A stretch of 64,000 nucleotides of DNA from Escherichia coli (GCF_001677475.2 NZ_CP015229.1); one strand, 5' to 3'; shown: positions 14,653 through 27,697, counted from the first letter of the stretch. Numbers and translations: made by a program. Notes: generated from the letters alone by a model not told the origin.

Positions 14653-14737
14653 CTAATTCCGTTTCAGCATCGGCATTTTTCCGTCACGTCGACTGATAAC
14701 AACTACATCTACCCTACTGATAACAGGATAAAATCCG

Positions 14738-17628
<2,891 letters not shown>

Positions 17629-17635
17629 GTAACAT

Positions 17636-17718
17636 TGCCGGATGTGGCGTGAACGCCTTATCCGGCTTACATAGTTCGTGCGACATGTAGGCCCGATAAG
17701 CGCAGCGCATCGGGCAAT
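17636..17718. repeat. Pair of inverted REP elements at the 3-prime end of ascB
   Basis: gccggatgtggcgtgaacgccttatccggcttac and gtaggcccgataagcgcagcgcatcgggca; the minus ORF 17381..17710 is the REP translation artefact. Confidence 0.85.
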
Positions 17719-17741
17719 CTGGAGTTTGGCATCAGTCAAAA

Positions 17742-18161
17742 TCAAAGAAACCATTCCGGCTTAACGCCAAATCGGGCTGAAAGTGCCTTAATATGGGATA
17801 TTGTCAGGGATCGTTGCCCAGACAAAATCTGACTGACCAGGGATTTAGAGCCGATTTCGTTCTTCAAATCCGCGTAGGTCAGATTATGTTGATCAATCAG
17901 CGTACGAAGTAACGCCACGCCAACCGGCATTGCTGCAACGGCTTTGTCGAACTCTGCAAACTTTTCGTTATTGTTTTCATATTCTGCAATGCGGCTCGCC
18001 AGAAAGTCGATAAGTGGATTGGTGTCATCTTCTTCAATCAAATATTCGACCAGTTCCAGTGCTTCACGATAATCATCTTCTGAGTCACTGCCTCCCAGAA
18101 AGGGGACTGCATTGACCAGTTCTCTTGTTGCTTTAACAGCGCGTGCAGCATTAGCAGTCAT
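17742..18161 (-). CDS. HigA-like antitoxin / XRE-family HTH protein (no intact partner toxin)
   Basis: 139 aa ORF with ATG at 18159-18161; C-terminal HTH IGSKSLVSQILSGQRSLTISHIKALSARFGV and overall resemblance to E. coli HigA as recalled. Confidence 0.75.
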   Translation of the reverse strand: MTANAARAVKATRELVNAVPFLGGSDSEDDYREALELVEYLIEEDDTNPLIDFLASRIAEYENNNEKFAEFDKAVAAMPVGVALLRTLIDQHNLTYADLKNEIGSKSLVSQILSGQRSLTISHIKALSARFGVKPEWFL

Positions 18162-18396
18162 TCTTGGTTCTCTCTGTAGTATCGTGTCAGACGCCCACTT
18201 TTCTAAAATGCCAGTTTTGATCGGTATAATAAGGCATGGTCAGGAGAGGTTTCAGCGCCCGCTTTTGTGCGTATTCGCTGTCACTCATCGGCAGATATTC
18301 GGTAAAGCTGGTGGCCTACGCAGGAAGCACTAAGCTCAATAAAAAAGCGCACATCCCTGTCCTGATTTTCAATTCCCTGAATTCCTTAATGAAGAA

Positions 18397-18867
18397 CTAC
18401 TCTTCTTCCACCGCTAACTGCGCGAAGCCGCCATTCCCTTCCCAGCCTTCCAGTCGTTGATAAACGGTTTCTACCGCATCTTTAATCGGTTGGGTCATCG
18501 GATAGTAAAAGCCGACGATATCCGGCTGGATACCAAGGAAAATCACTTCGCCAATGTCTTCTTTTAACTGGTCGATAAGGTAATTCAACGGCATGTTATG
18601 GGTAGTCATCATAAACATCTCGGCGATGTCATCCGGGTCGATGATGCGGATCTCGCCGGGGTTTAGCCCCATATCCGTGGCGTCGACAATCAGTAACCGC
18701 GTAGGGCGCAGTTCACGGATGGCGACAATGTCGTTTTCCGGTGCGCTACCGCCGTCAATCACCACCCAATTACCTTTCGGCGCGGCGGCGCACTTTTCCG
18801 CCAGCAGCGGACCTGCGCCATCATCGCCCATCATGCTATTGCCAACACAGAGTAAAACGTCAGTCAC
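18397..18867 (-). CDS. hycI: Hydrogenase 3 maturation endopeptidase
   Basis: 156 aa ORF, last gene of the hyc operon. Confidence 0.95.
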   Translation of the reverse strand: MTDVLLCVGNSMMGDDGAGPLLAEKCAAAPKGNWVVIDGGSAPENDIVAIRELRPTRLLIVDATDMGLNPGEIRIIDPDDIAEMFMMTTHNMPLNYLIDQLKEDIGEVIFLGIQPDIVGFYYPMTQPIKDAVETVYQRLEGWEGNGGFAQLAVEEE

Positions 18868-19270
18868 GCAGTCTCCTCACCATCAAATAGATGGCGTTTT
18901 CCTGATGAATATCATGCAGCATACTTAACAGCATTGTACTCCATTCCTGCTGCTGCGAAGTTTGCGCTGCCCGGGCTTTATCGAATGCGTTGGCCAGCAT
19001 CGGCACATGGTTAATGTCGATGACGATCTCACCATATTTCGGCACGCCTTCCATTTTGCGGCGGGCTTCGCTGCCCGCCTCCAGAGTGGCAATCCATGCC
19101 AGATATTCATCCCACGGGCAGGTGAGCGCCGCTTCCAGGCAATCGATAACCCCAAGGTGGTGACCAATCGCCAGGCTGTAATAGACCACCTGCTGCGCCT
19201 CGGCGGGCGTGGCATCGTTCTCATCAATAAATTTACGGCTCAGTTGACTGAACACCACCTTTTCACTCAT
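18860..19270 (-). CDS. hycH: Formate hydrogenlyase maturation protein
   Basis: 136 aa ORF, operon position, overlaps neighbours. Confidence 0.93.
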   Translation of the reverse strand: MSEKVVFSQLSRKFIDENDATPAEAQQVVYYSLAIGHHLGVIDCLEAALTCPWDEYLAWIATLEAGSEARRKMEGVPKYGEIVIDINHVPMLANAFDKARAAQTSQQQEWSTMLLSMLHDIHQENAIYLMVRRLRD

Positions 19271-20034
19271 CGGATACGCGCCTCTTCAACAACATGATTC
19301 AGATGGCTGACAATCTCGTTCAGACGCGGATCGTTTTCCGCTTCCAGCCAGCGTGCAACCTGCTCTTCGCCCTGCCCTAACCGTGTAAGGTAATCATCGG
19401 CAATCTGGCGACCGTAGCGGTAACCCGCCAGGCGACGCGCTTCGCGATCCACTTTCACGCGCAGCGGCTGCACCATATCCGGATGCAGAATCTCTGCCGG
19501 TTGCTCATCCAGTTCGCCTGGCTCACGGGCGTGGATTTTCTGCTCCAGCAGGCCGAGCGCCATTGCAAAGCCGTACAGCGTGGCGGCAGGCGTTGGCGGG
19601 CAACCTGGGATGTAAACATCCACCGGGACGATTTTATCCGTACCGCCCCACACGCAGTAGAGATCGTGGAAAATGCCCCCGCTGTTGCCGCAGGCACCGT
19701 AGGAGATACAGATTTTCGGATCCGGCGCGGACTGCCACGCACGCAGCGCAGGGGATCGCATTGCACGGGTGACCGCGCCGGTAAACAGTAAAATATCCGC
19801 ATGACGCGGGGACGGAACAACTTTAATACCGAAGCGTTCTGCATCGAACAGCGGCGAAAGCGTGGCGAAAATTTCAATTTCGCAGCCGTTGCAGCCACCG
19901 CAGTCCACGCGGTAAACGTAGGCAGAACGTTTGATTTTTTTCAGTAACGACGCCTTCATGCTGGCGATGGATTCATCCACCGTCATCGGAACCGGAATGC
20001 CGTTGGCGTCACGGGGGCCTAATAAATTGCTCAT
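19267..20034 (-). CDS. hycG: Hydrogenase 3 small subunit (NuoB-like)
   Basis: 255 aa ORF with NuoB-type cysteine motifs ([14 protein letters not shown]). Confidence 0.95.
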   Translation of the reverse strand: MSNLLGPRDANGIPVPMTVDESIASMKASLLKKIKRSAYVYRVDCGGCNGCEIEIFATLSPLFDAERFGIKVVPSPRHADILLFTGAVTRAMRSPALRAWQSAPDPKICISYGACGNSGGIFHDLYCVWGGTDKIVPVDVYIPGCPPTPAATLYGFAMALGLLEQKIHAREPGELDEQPAEILHPDMVQPLRVKVDREARRLAGYRYGRQIADDYLTRLGQGEEQVARWLEAENDPRLNEIVSHLNHVVEEARIR

Positions 20035-20576
20035 CAGATGGCCTCTTTCATATGGCGAGTCAGTTCAATACGGTCGGACGGCACCAGGCATTTCTGGCGC
20101 TTACATTCCGGGCAAGTCTCAAAGCTTTCGCGGTGGTTTTCCGCGCGGCTGTCGCCGTTGTGCTTAAGCAGCGCAATGGCGTAGTCGATCTCTTTCTGGA
20201 CGGCGAAAGGACGATTGCAGACGCGGCAGTTGCACAGCGCGAAGCGGGACTGTTGCAGGAAGTCTTCTTTCTTCCACACCGCCAGTTCGTACTCTTGCGA
20301 CAGTTTGATCGCCGCCGTCGGGCAAACTTCTTCGCAGCGTCCACAGAAGATGCAGCGGCCAAGATTGAACTCCCAGGCCAACTCACCGGTGGCGAGGTCA
20401 GTTTCAACCGTTAAGGCGTTTGACGGGCAGGCATTGACGCAGGCCGCGCAGCCGATGCACTGCTGCGGGTTCTGCTCTGGCTTACCACGGAAGTTTTTAT
20501 CAACCGCAATCGGCTCCAGCGGATAAGACGAGGTCGCCGTGCCGGTTTTGATGACTTTTTTGATAAAGGTAAACAT
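20034..20576 (-). CDS. hycF: Formate hydrogenlyase iron-sulfur subunit (NuoI-like ferredoxin)
   Basis: 180 aa ORF with two CxxCxxCxxxCP motifs. Confidence 0.95.
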   Translation of the reverse strand: MFTFIKKVIKTGTATSSYPLEPIAVDKNFRGKPEQNPQQCIGCAACVNACPSNALTVETDLATGELAWEFNLGRCIFCGRCEEVCPTAAIKLSQEYELAVWKKEDFLQQSRFALCNCRVCNRPFAVQKEIDYAIALLKHNGDSRAENHRESFETCPECKRQKCLVPSDRIELTRHMKEAI

Positions 20577-20585
20577 GGCGATTCC

Positions 20586-22295
20586 TTATTTCAGCGGCGA
20601 GTTTTTACGCTCAATGCTGTAACGCTCGAGTTCTTTGTACGGCACCACTTTGCTCTTCTTCTTACGCACATCGACCACGGTCATGCGGTCGGTACAGGAA
20701 TAGCAAGGGTCGAGGCTACCGATAATCAGCGGCGCATCAGAAACGGTGTTGCCGCGCAGCATGTAGCGCAGGGTCGGCCAGTTCGCATAGGTCGCGGCAC
20801 GGCAGCGCCAGCGGTACAGCTTCTGGTTGTCACCGGTCATGCTCCAGTGGATATCATCGCCACGCGGCGCTTCGGCAAAGCCCAACGCAAAACGGTGTGG
20901 AATGTAGGTGAATCCTTCCACCGCCAGCGGACCGCCTGGCAGGTTGTCCAGTCCGTAGTCGATCATATTGAGCGAGGTAAAGACTTCGTTGATACGCACT
21001 TTCAGACGCGAAATAACGTCGCAGCCCTGCTCGCTGTGAACTTCCATCGGCAGCAGGCCATAACCGACAAACGGGTGATCAGCACGGGTATCACGAGCGT
21101 GGCCGCTGGCGCGGACCATCGGGCCAACGTTACTGAAATCGCGGGCAATTTCCGGGTCCAGACGACCAATGCCGTCAGTGCGTTGTTCCATGTTCGGTGT
21201 GCTCAGCAGCACGTCCACCAGCTCCTGCACTTCACGACGCATCTGTTGCGCCAGCTGGCGGGTCTGGATCATGTCATCTTTCAGCAGATCGCGACGAATC
21301 CCGCCGATCAGGTTCAGGCCGTAGGTTTTACGCGCACCGGTAAGGATCTCCGCCATTTTCATGGAGGTTTCACGCACGCGGAAGAACTGCATAAAGCCGG
21401 AGTCGAAGCCGGTAAAGTGGCAGGCGAGGCCGAGGTTGAGCAGATGCGAGTGCAGGCGTTCCACTTCCAGCAGAATAGCGCGGATCATCTGCGCACGTTC
21501 CGGCACCACGATGCCCATCGCATTCTCAACGGAGGTGGTGTACGCCGTGCTGTGGGCGAAGCCGCAGATGCCGCAAACACGGTCAGAGAGGAAGGTCACT
21601 TCGTTGTAACCCATGCGGGTCTCCGCCAGTTTTTCCATGCCGCGATGGACGTAGAACAGGCGGTAGTCGGCGTCGATAATGTTTTCGCCATCGACGAACA
21701 GACGGAAGTGACCCGGTTCGTCGGAAGTGACGTGCAGCGGACCAATCGGCACGACGTTGTTTTTCTTGTCGCCCAGTTCGTTGATGAACTCGTAGGTTTC
21801 AGCATCAGTAGTCGGTGCCGGACGCTGACGATAATCCATGCTGTCTTTACGCAGCGGATAAAGTTCATCCGGCCAGTCATCCGGCAGCACCAGACGACGT
21901 TCATCCGGCAAACCAACCGGAATCAAACCGTACATATCGCGCACTTCACGCTCGCCCCACACCGCCGCCGGAACGCGCGGCGTCACGGACGGATATTCCG
22001 GTTTGTTGGCGTCAACTTCGACGCGAACCGTGATCCAGCACTTAGTCCCCTTCTCCATCGACAGCACGTAATAAACGGCGTAATGACCATTCAGTTTGCG
22101 TTCGTCGTTACCAAACAGCACCGACAGCCAGCCACCCTGCTTGTAGTAGAGAAACTCCACCACTTCCGGCAGATAGTTCACCTTTACGGTCACGGTCAGC
22201 TGATCTTTGGTCTGCCAGGCGTGGTCCAGCACGACGCCCGGAAATGCCTCATTCAGCGCGGCGAGATAATGTTGACCTAATTTTTCTTCAGACAT
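20586..22295 (-). CDS. hycE: Hydrogenase 3 [NiFe] large subunit
   Basis: Start at ATG 22293-22295 (MSEEKLGQHYLAALNEAFPG) gives 569 aa; N-terminal RVCGICGFAH and C-terminal DPCYSCTDR nickel-ligand motifs. Confidence 0.95.
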   Translation of the reverse strand: MSEEKLGQHYLAALNEAFPGVVLDHAWQTKDQLTVTVKVNYLPEVVEFLYYKQGGWLSVLFGNDERKLNGHYAVYYVLSMEKGTKCWITVRVEVDANKPEYPSVTPRVPAAVWGEREVRDMYGLIPVGLPDERRLVLPDDWPDELYPLRKDSMDYRQRPAPTTDAETYEFINELGDKKNNVVPIGPLHVTSDEPGHFRLFVDGENIIDADYRLFYVHRGMEKLAETRMGYNEVTFLSDRVCGICGFAHSTAYTTSVENAMGIVVPERAQMIRAILLEVERLHSHLLNLGLACHFTGFDSGFMQFFRVRETSMKMAEILTGARKTYGLNLIGGIRRDLLKDDMIQTRQLAQQMRREVQELVDVLLSTPNMEQRTDGIGRLDPEIARDFSNVGPMVRASGHARDTRADHPFVGYGLLPMEVHSEQGCDVISRLKVRINEVFTSLNMIDYGLDNLPGGPLAVEGFTYIPHRFALGFAEAPRGDDIHWSMTGDNQKLYRWRCRAATYANWPTLRYMLRGNTVSDAPLIIGSLDPCYSCTDRMTVVDVRKKKSKVVPYKELERYSIERKNSPLK

Positions 22296-22312
22296 GCTCA
22301 AACTCTCTTTAA

Positions 22313-23236
22313 TCACGCCGCCAGCAAGGAGACGAACGCTAAAAATGCAAAGCCAAACCCAGCCCAGGTAATGCGCGGAGTAATATCAAGACGCAGACGG
22401 GCCATGCTGTTTTCGAACAGCGCGATAACCAGTACGCCGACTACCAGTTTGACGATGGCAATCACCAGCGCCAGCAGCAGTCCACCAGCGGTGAAGGTTT
22501 CCATTTGTCCCCACGGAATAAACACCCCGACGAACATCTGCAACACCACCAGCTGTTTCAGGCTGATACCCCATTTCATGACGCCAAAGCCGCTACCGCT
22601 GTATTCGGAGAGGGGACCTTCCTGCAACTCCTGCTCGGCTTCCGCCAGGTCGAATGGCAGTTTGCCCATTTCGATAAAAGTGGCGAACGCACAGGCACAA
22701 AGCGCCAGCACCAGCGGAATGCTCTGGCTCAGCGGCCAGTGATAAACGGTGTCGGTGATGTTGCTGATGTTGGTGGAACCGGCAACCTGTGCGGCAACCC
22801 ACAGACCAAGCAGCAGCATCGGTTCGACCAGCACGCCAAGCATCGCTTCACGGCTCGCGCCGATAGCGGTAAACGGGCTACCGGTATCCAGACCGGAAAT
22901 GGCAAAGAAGAAACGCGCGATGGCAAAGAGATACAGTAAGGTGATCAAATCGCCCAGCTGCGGCAGCGGAGAACCAACGGTCACCACCGGCAGCGCAGTA
23001 GCGATAGTCAGCATGACGCCCACCATCACATACGGCGTCAGGCGGAACACCCAGCCGGAGGCATCCGGGCCAACGCTCTGGCGACCCAGCAGTTTGATAA
23101 TGTCGCGATACTCCTGCAACACGCCCGGCCCGCGACGGTTATGCAAGCGGGCGCGCGCCACGCGGGTTATACCGGAGAGCAGCGGCGCAACGGCAAATAA
23201 CACCAGCGCCTGAATTAACGGATATAAAACACTCAT
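22313..23236 (-). CDS. hycD: Formate hydrogenlyase membrane subunit (NuoH-like)
   Basis: 307 aa polytopic membrane ORF. Confidence 0.95.
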   Translation of the reverse strand: MSVLYPLIQALVLFAVAPLLSGITRVARARLHNRRGPGVLQEYRDIIKLLGRQSVGPDASGWVFRLTPYVMVGVMLTIATALPVVTVGSPLPQLGDLITLLYLFAIARFFFAISGLDTGSPFTAIGASREAMLGVLVEPMLLLGLWVAAQVAGSTNISNITDTVYHWPLSQSIPLVLALCACAFATFIEMGKLPFDLAEAEQELQEGPLSEYSGSGFGVMKWGISLKQLVVLQMFVGVFIPWGQMETFTAGGLLLALVIAIVKLVVGVLVIALFENSMARLRLDITPRITWAGFGFAFLAFVSLLAA

Positions 23237-23238
23237 TC

Positions 23239-25065
23239 TCAGGCTCCTCGTGAAACAATAATCACCACCAGTACCGCCAGTTCAACCAGCGCCATCCGGC
23301 GGAACAGCAACGCACTCCCCTCGCACTGCCAGCCCGGTACCAGCGACACCGGATTCAGCCATTTGCGCAGTTTCAGCACCGGCGCAAACGCCTGTTTCAC
23401 CGGCATGGCAAAACCGTGAGCAGTAATCACCATTGATTTTTCATGGTCGTAGCCGCACACCCAGGCCGCGCCGCGGGAACGCGACGGCAAACGATCGCCT
23501 TTGCAAATCGCCATAATGATGAATGGCAGCAGCGGGCAGGCAATCAGCAGCAACGTGATCATGGGTTGAGAAACGGTGGTGTTAGCAGGCTCCAGCGGCA
23601 GAGGTACAGCAGCAGAGAGCATCGGCAGCAGCCACGGCGCAGCAACACCGCCAATTACGCAGCAAATCGCCAGTGCCACAACGCTTACGCTCATCAGGAG
23701 CGGCGCACTGGTGGCGTTTTCGGCTTCTTTGGTACGCGGCGCGCCGAGGAACGTGACGCCATAGACTTTCGCCATACACATCACTGCCAGCGCACCGGTA
23801 ATTGCCAGCCCCACAGCGAGCAGCGGCCCCAGCAGACGGGCAACAAACGCGCCACTATTGCTCAGTTTGAAGAAGGATTGATAGATAACCCATTCACCGG
23901 CAAAACCGTTCAACGGCGGCAGCGCAGCCATTGCCATCAGCCCGACTAACATAGCGATGGAGATAACCGGCATTTTCTTGCCAATACCACCGAGTTTTTC
24001 GATATCGCGATGACCGGTACGGAACCAGACGCTCCCCGCCCCGAGGAACAGTACGCTTTTGAACAGGCTATGGTTAAGCAGATGGTACAGGCCACCGACC
24101 AGGCCAAGAGCAATCAGCGCCGGTTGTTCGAGCGCGATACCCGTTACGCCAGCCCCCAGCCCCAGCAGGATGATGCCGATATTTTCCAGTGTGTGGTAAG
24201 CCAGCAGACGCTGGATGTTGTGCTCCATCAGCGCATACAAACCACCGACGAACGCGGTGATCATGCCGAGCACCAGCAGCGCAATTCCCCACCACAGCGG
24301 CGCGTTACCGCCCAGCAGAGACAGGGTTAAAATGCCCAGCAGGCCGATTTTCATTACCACCGTGGAAAACAGCGCGGCAGCTGGCGCAGAGGCGTTAGCA
24401 TGTGCCTGCGGCACCCAGCCGTGCAGCGGAATAATCCCGGCCAGCAGGCCAAAGCCAATCACACCGAGCAGCCAGATATCGGAACCGAGCGGCAGCTGTT
24501 GCATACGCATATCCAGCAGGCGCAGATCCAGCGTGCCGTAACGCTGCCACAGCAGCCAGCAAGCAATCGCCAGCAGCAGAGTGCCAAGACGCCCCAGCGC
24601 AAACCACAGTTTGCCCTCTTTGCTGTTGCTGGTGAGGAACACCGCACACAAGGCCATGACTTCGGCCATTACCACGAACATGCCGAGGTTGCTGGCAATG
24701 ACGGCGCAGACGGCGGCAGCCATCAACATATTGATCTGCAAGCCGTTGCACTTCACCTGCGCGTGGCGATGCCAGTCAATGTTGTAGAGGCTGACAAACA
24801 GACCGCACAGACCGAGCGTAATCAGCCAAATCGCGTTAAGCGGAGAAATTTGCACATCGTAGCTTACCAGCGACAGCGCACCGCTCACGCCAACCGCGCC
24901 AGTCAGCACAGTAAAGCCCGCGGCTGCCGTATACAGGCTACCCACCGCGCCGCCAATTCCGGCTATCCAGCCGCTTAGCGCCTTTTGAAAAGAAAAGAGA
25001 AATGCCAGAACAGCGGCGGCGGCAAACCACGCCACGCCGCTATTGATCAGGGAAATTGCGCTCAT
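23239..25065 (-). CDS. hycC: Formate hydrogenlyase membrane subunit (NuoL/antiporter-like)
   Basis: 608 aa polytopic membrane ORF. Confidence 0.95.
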   Translation of the reverse strand: MSAISLINSGVAWFAAAAVLAFLFSFQKALSGWIAGIGGAVGSLYTAAAGFTVLTGAVGVSGALSLVSYDVQISPLNAIWLITLGLCGLFVSLYNIDWHRHAQVKCNGLQINMLMAAAVCAVIASNLGMFVVMAEVMALCAVFLTSNSKEGKLWFALGRLGTLLLAIACWLLWQRYGTLDLRLLDMRMQQLPLGSDIWLLGVIGFGLLAGIIPLHGWVPQAHANASAPAAALFSTVVMKIGLLGILTLSLLGGNAPLWWGIALLVLGMITAFVGGLYALMEHNIQRLLAYHTLENIGIILLGLGAGVTGIALEQPALIALGLVGGLYHLLNHSLFKSVLFLGAGSVWFRTGHRDIEKLGGIGKKMPVISIAMLVGLMAMAALPPLNGFAGEWVIYQSFFKLSNSGAFVARLLGPLLAVGLAITGALAVMCMAKVYGVTFLGAPRTKEAENATSAPLLMSVSVVALAICCVIGGVAAPWLLPMLSAAVPLPLEPANTTVSQPMITLLLIACPLLPFIIMAICKGDRLPSRSRGAAWVCGYDHEKSMVITAHGFAMPVKQAFAPVLKLRKWLNPVSLVPGWQCEGSALLFRRMALVELAVLVVIIVSRGA

Positions 25066-25673
25066 TTAGCCTCTCCACTTTGAGCCTGCTGAAACAAGGT
25101 GAGATCGCCAAAGTCCGTGTTAAAGGTCAGCTCACGCTTACGTTTGCTGACGCGGGCGATATCGGTGTTATCCACCAGATGCAGGGCTTTAGTCGGGCAC
25201 ATCCGCACGCAGGCCGGACCTTGTTCATCAAAACTACAAAGGTCACATTTGACGGCGATCGCGCGAATACCTGGCACCCAGTCAAGCAGCGTACTGATAC
25301 GCGCCGGAGCAGGCGGTGCCGGTGGCGCTTTCGGGGTATTGGCATTTGCAGGAATATCCAGCGGACGGCTGCCGGAAAATTCAATTGCGCCAAACGGGCA
25401 GGCGATGCCGCACAGTTTGCAGCTTACGCACAGGCTTTCATTCAACTGCACGGCCCCATTAACGCGGGTGATGGCGTTAACCGGGCAGACCACCGCGCAG
25501 GGTGCATCTTCACAATGGTGACAGAGCTGCGGTGCAGATTCTTTTTCATTTAGCATCACTCTCAGGCGCGGCATTGATTGCAGGCCGTGCTGGCGATGCG
25601 TCTCTGAACAGGCAGCCTCACAAGTGTGGCAGCCGATACAGAGCGTGGAGTCAGCAATTACAAAACGATTCAC
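25062..25673 (-). CDS. hycB: Formate hydrogenlyase iron-sulfur subunit (4x[4Fe-4S])
   Basis: 203 aa ORF with repeated CxxCxxCxxxCP motifs. Confidence 0.95.
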   Translation of the reverse strand: MNRFVIADSTLCIGCHTCEAACSETHRQHGLQSMPRLRVMLNEKESAPQLCHHCEDAPCAVVCPVNAITRVNGAVQLNESLCVSCKLCGIACPFGAIEFSGSRPLDIPANANTPKAPPAPPAPARISTLLDWVPGIRAIAVKCDLCSFDEQGPACVRMCPTKALHLVDNTDIARVSKRKRELTFNTDFGDLTLFQQAQSGEAK

Positions 25674-25691
25674 CAGGCATTCCTCAGGTGA

Positions 25692-25748
25692 TTGTCATTT
25701 TTGACGAAAACATGCCGATGAAATGTCATTTTCGACACTCATCGACAC
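25692..25748. promoter_or_regulatory. FhlA UAS copy in the hycA-hycB intergenic region
   Basis: tgtcatttttgacg ... tgtcattttcgacactcatcgacacg; same core as the hycA-hypA UAS. Confidence 0.7.
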
Positions 25749-25797
25749 GCCCATCCCCAAACAGGCGTAACGCCTGCAAAACGGGCAAAGCCTCAGC

Positions 25798-26259
25798 TCA
25801 TGCTGCCGGGCTTTGTCCCTTTACCAGTTGGCTTAAATTCACCGGCACATTGTTTTCAATGGCGGTATATAAGCTGTCGTAAACGCCAGCGATTTTTTCG
25901 AGATAGTGTTCCAGAACCTGTTCGCGATCGCGGATGTTGACCTTGCCATCAATCATGCCGTCAATGCTCAGTTGCGCCTGCGCAATCCGCTGTTTGTCTT
26001 CGCCATCTTTTGTTTCGACGTAATACTCGATGGTGTGGCTGTTAAAGCCATCCGCCAGGGTGACGTAAATGCGAAAATGTTCAAAAAGGACGAAACAGAG
26101 TTCTTTGTCCGGCGCGCAGCTCATGGCGTGATGCAGGCGCGCTTTCGATAACGTGATCCCCTGAACCAGCGAATTGCAGTAGATGTGCCACTGGTCCTGT
26201 AGGCGACGATGCCGCTGTGCGATGTAATCGGCTTTCTCGCTTATTTCCCAAATAGTCAT
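25798..26259 (-). CDS. hycA: Formate hydrogenlyase regulatory protein (FhlA antagonist)
   Basis: 153 aa ORF, first gene of the hyc operon, divergent from hypA. Confidence 0.93.
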   Translation of the reverse strand: MTIWEISEKADYIAQRHRRLQDQWHIYCNSLVQGITLSKARLHHAMSCAPDKELCFVLFEHFRIYVTLADGFNSHTIEYYVETKDGEDKQRIAQAQLSIDGMIDGKVNIRDREQVLEHYLEKIAGVYDSLYTAIENNVPVNLSQLVKGQSPAA

Positions 26260-26296
26260 TGTCAGGTTACCCGTTTAACAGAGATGCCAGTTTTAA

Positions 26297-26311
26297 GCAT
26301 TTTCTGTGCCA
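26297..26311 (-). promoter_or_regulatory. Sigma54 (-24/-12) promoter of the hyc operon
   Basis: Minus strand reads TGGCAC-agaaa-ATGC, about 40 nt upstream of hycA ATG. Confidence 0.75.
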
Positions 26312-26367
26312 ACTTTTAATTTATTGTTATTAAAGCGATTTTTAAGCTAAAGATGAATTTCGTCGCC

Positions 26368-26399
26368 GTGTCGACGTGTCATTTCGACATCATCGACAT
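26368..26399. promoter_or_regulatory. FhlA UAS between divergent hyc and hyp promoters
   Basis: gtgtcgacgtgtcatttcgacatcatcgacat with repeated TCGACA half-sites, centred between the two sigma54 promoters. Confidence 0.75.
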
Positions 26400-26424
26400 T
26401 ATTCACCGCAGGGATAATCAACAC

Positions 26425-26439
26425 TGGCACAATTATTGC
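26425..26439 (+). promoter_or_regulatory. Sigma54 (-24/-12) promoter of the hyp operon
   Basis: TGGCAC-aatta-TTGC about 30 nt upstream of hypA ATG. Confidence 0.8.
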
Positions 26440-26470
26440 TTGTAGCTGGCAATAGTTAATGGGAGGCGAT

Positions 26471-26821
26471 ATGCACGAAATAACCCTCTGCCAACGGGCA
26501 CTGGAATTGATCGAACAGCAGGCCGCAAAACACGGCGCAAAACGCGTAACTGGGGTCTGGCTCAAAATTGGCGCATTTTCTTGTGTCGAAACCAGCTCTC
26601 TTGCCTTTTGTTTTGATCTGGTTTGCCGCGGCAGCCTGGCGGAAGGTTGTAAACTGCACCTCGAAGAACAAGAGGCCGAATGCTGGTGTGAAACATGCCA
26701 ACAGTATGTGACGCTACTAACCCAGCGCGTCCGCCGCTGTCCACAGTGTCATGGTGACATGCTACAGATTGTGGCAGACGACGGTTTACAGATTCGGCGG
26801 ATAGAAATAGACCAGGAGTGA
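26471..26821 (+). CDS. hypA: Hydrogenase nickel-insertion zinc metallochaperone
   Basis: Start at ATG 26471 after GGGAGG; MHEITLCQRALELIEQ..., 116 aa with C-terminal CxxC...CxxC. Confidence 0.95.
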   Translation: MHEITLCQRALELIEQQAAKHGAKRVTGVWLKIGAFSCVETSSLAFCFDLVCRGSLAEGCKLHLEEQEAECWCETCQQYVTLLTQRVRRCPQCHGDMLQIVADDGLQIRRIEIDQE

Positions 26822-26824
26822 GCG

Positions 26825-27697
26825 ATGTGTACAACATGCGGTTGCGGTGAAGGCAACCTGTATATCGAGGGTGATGAACATAACCCTCATTCCGCGTTTC
26901 GTAGCGCGCCATTTGCCCCGGCGGCACGCCCGAAGATGAAAATCACCGGCATTAAAGCGCCTGAATTTACCCCCAGCCAGACTGATGAAGGCGACCTGCA
27001 TTACGGTCATGGCGAAGCGGGCACACACGCGCCGGGCATGAGCCAGCGTCGAATGCTGGAAGTTGAAATTGACGTGCTGGACAAAAACAACCGTCTGGCT
27101 GAACGCAACCGCGCGCGCTTTGCTGCCCGCAAGCAACTGGTGCTCAACCTGGTTTCCAGCCCTGGTTCCGGTAAAACCACCCTGCTGACGGAAACCTTAA
27201 TGCGCCTGAAAGACAGCGTTCCGTGCGCAGTTATTGAAGGCGACCAGCAAACCGTGAACGATGCCGCACGCATTCGCGCTACCGGCACACCAGCGATTCA
27301 GGTGAACACCGGTAAAGGCTGCCATCTTGACGCACAGATGATTGCCGACGCCGCACCGCGTCTGCCGCTGGACGATAACGGTATTCTGTTTATAGAAAAC
27401 GTTGGCAACCTCGTATGCCCGGCCAGCTTCGATCTCGGTGAAAAACACAAAGTGGCGGTGCTTTCCGTTACCGAAGGTGAAGACAAACCGCTGAAATATC
27501 CGCATATGTTTGCCGCCGCCTCGCTGATGCTGCTCAACAAAGTTGACCTGCTGCCGTATCTCAACTTTGACGTTGAGAAGTGCATCGCCTGCGCCCGCGA
27601 AGTCAATCCAGAAATTGAAATCATCCTTATTTCCGCCACCAGCGGCGAAGGGATGGACCAGTGGCTGAACTGGCTGGAGACACAGCGATGTGCATAG
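26825..27697 (+). CDS. hypB: Hydrogenase nickel-incorporation GTPase
   Basis: 290 aa ORF with N-terminal [10 protein letters not shown] metal-binding motif and P-loop GSPGSGKTT. Confidence 0.95.
   Translation: MCTTCGCGEGNLYIEGDEHNPHSAFRSAPFAPAARPKMKITGIKAPEFTPSQTDEGDLHYGHGEAGTHAPGMSQRRMLEVEIDVLDKNNRLAERNRARFAARKQLVLNLVSSPGSGKTTLLTETLMRLKDSVPCAVIEGDQQTVNDAARIRATGTPAIQVNTGKGCHLDAQMIADAAPRLPLDDNGILFIENVGNLVCPASFDLGEKHKVAVLSVTEGEDKPLKYPHMFAAASLMLLNKVDLLPYLNFDVEKCIACAREVNPEIEIILISATSGEGMDQWLNWLETQRCA

Noticed and set aside
18162-18396. Possible HigB/RelE-type toxin gene upstream of the HigA-like gene
   Set aside because: Translation of all three minus-strand frames gives at most a 33-codon ATG-initiated ORF and a 23-codon GTG frame; too short for a RelE-fold toxin. 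Treated as absent or degraded.
18225-18460. Plus-strand ORF 18236..18460 with an upstream TATAAT
   Set aside because: The ORF extends antisense into the hycI 3-prime end, has no recognisable fold, and lacks a -35 element at correct spacing; kept only as a note under the ascB-hycI islet finding.
20847-22280. 477 aa plus-strand ORF antisense to hycE
   Set aside because: It lies entirely antisense within a well-supported hydrogenase large-subunit gene, with an Arg/His/Gln-rich low-complexity translation typical of antisense frames of GC-rich coding DNA.
24400-24978. 192 aa plus-strand ORF antisense within hycC (and similar antisense ORFs inside hypF, cysN, rpoS, nlpD and the cas genes)
   Set aside because: Antisense to intact conserved genes, with no start-site context and implausible composition.
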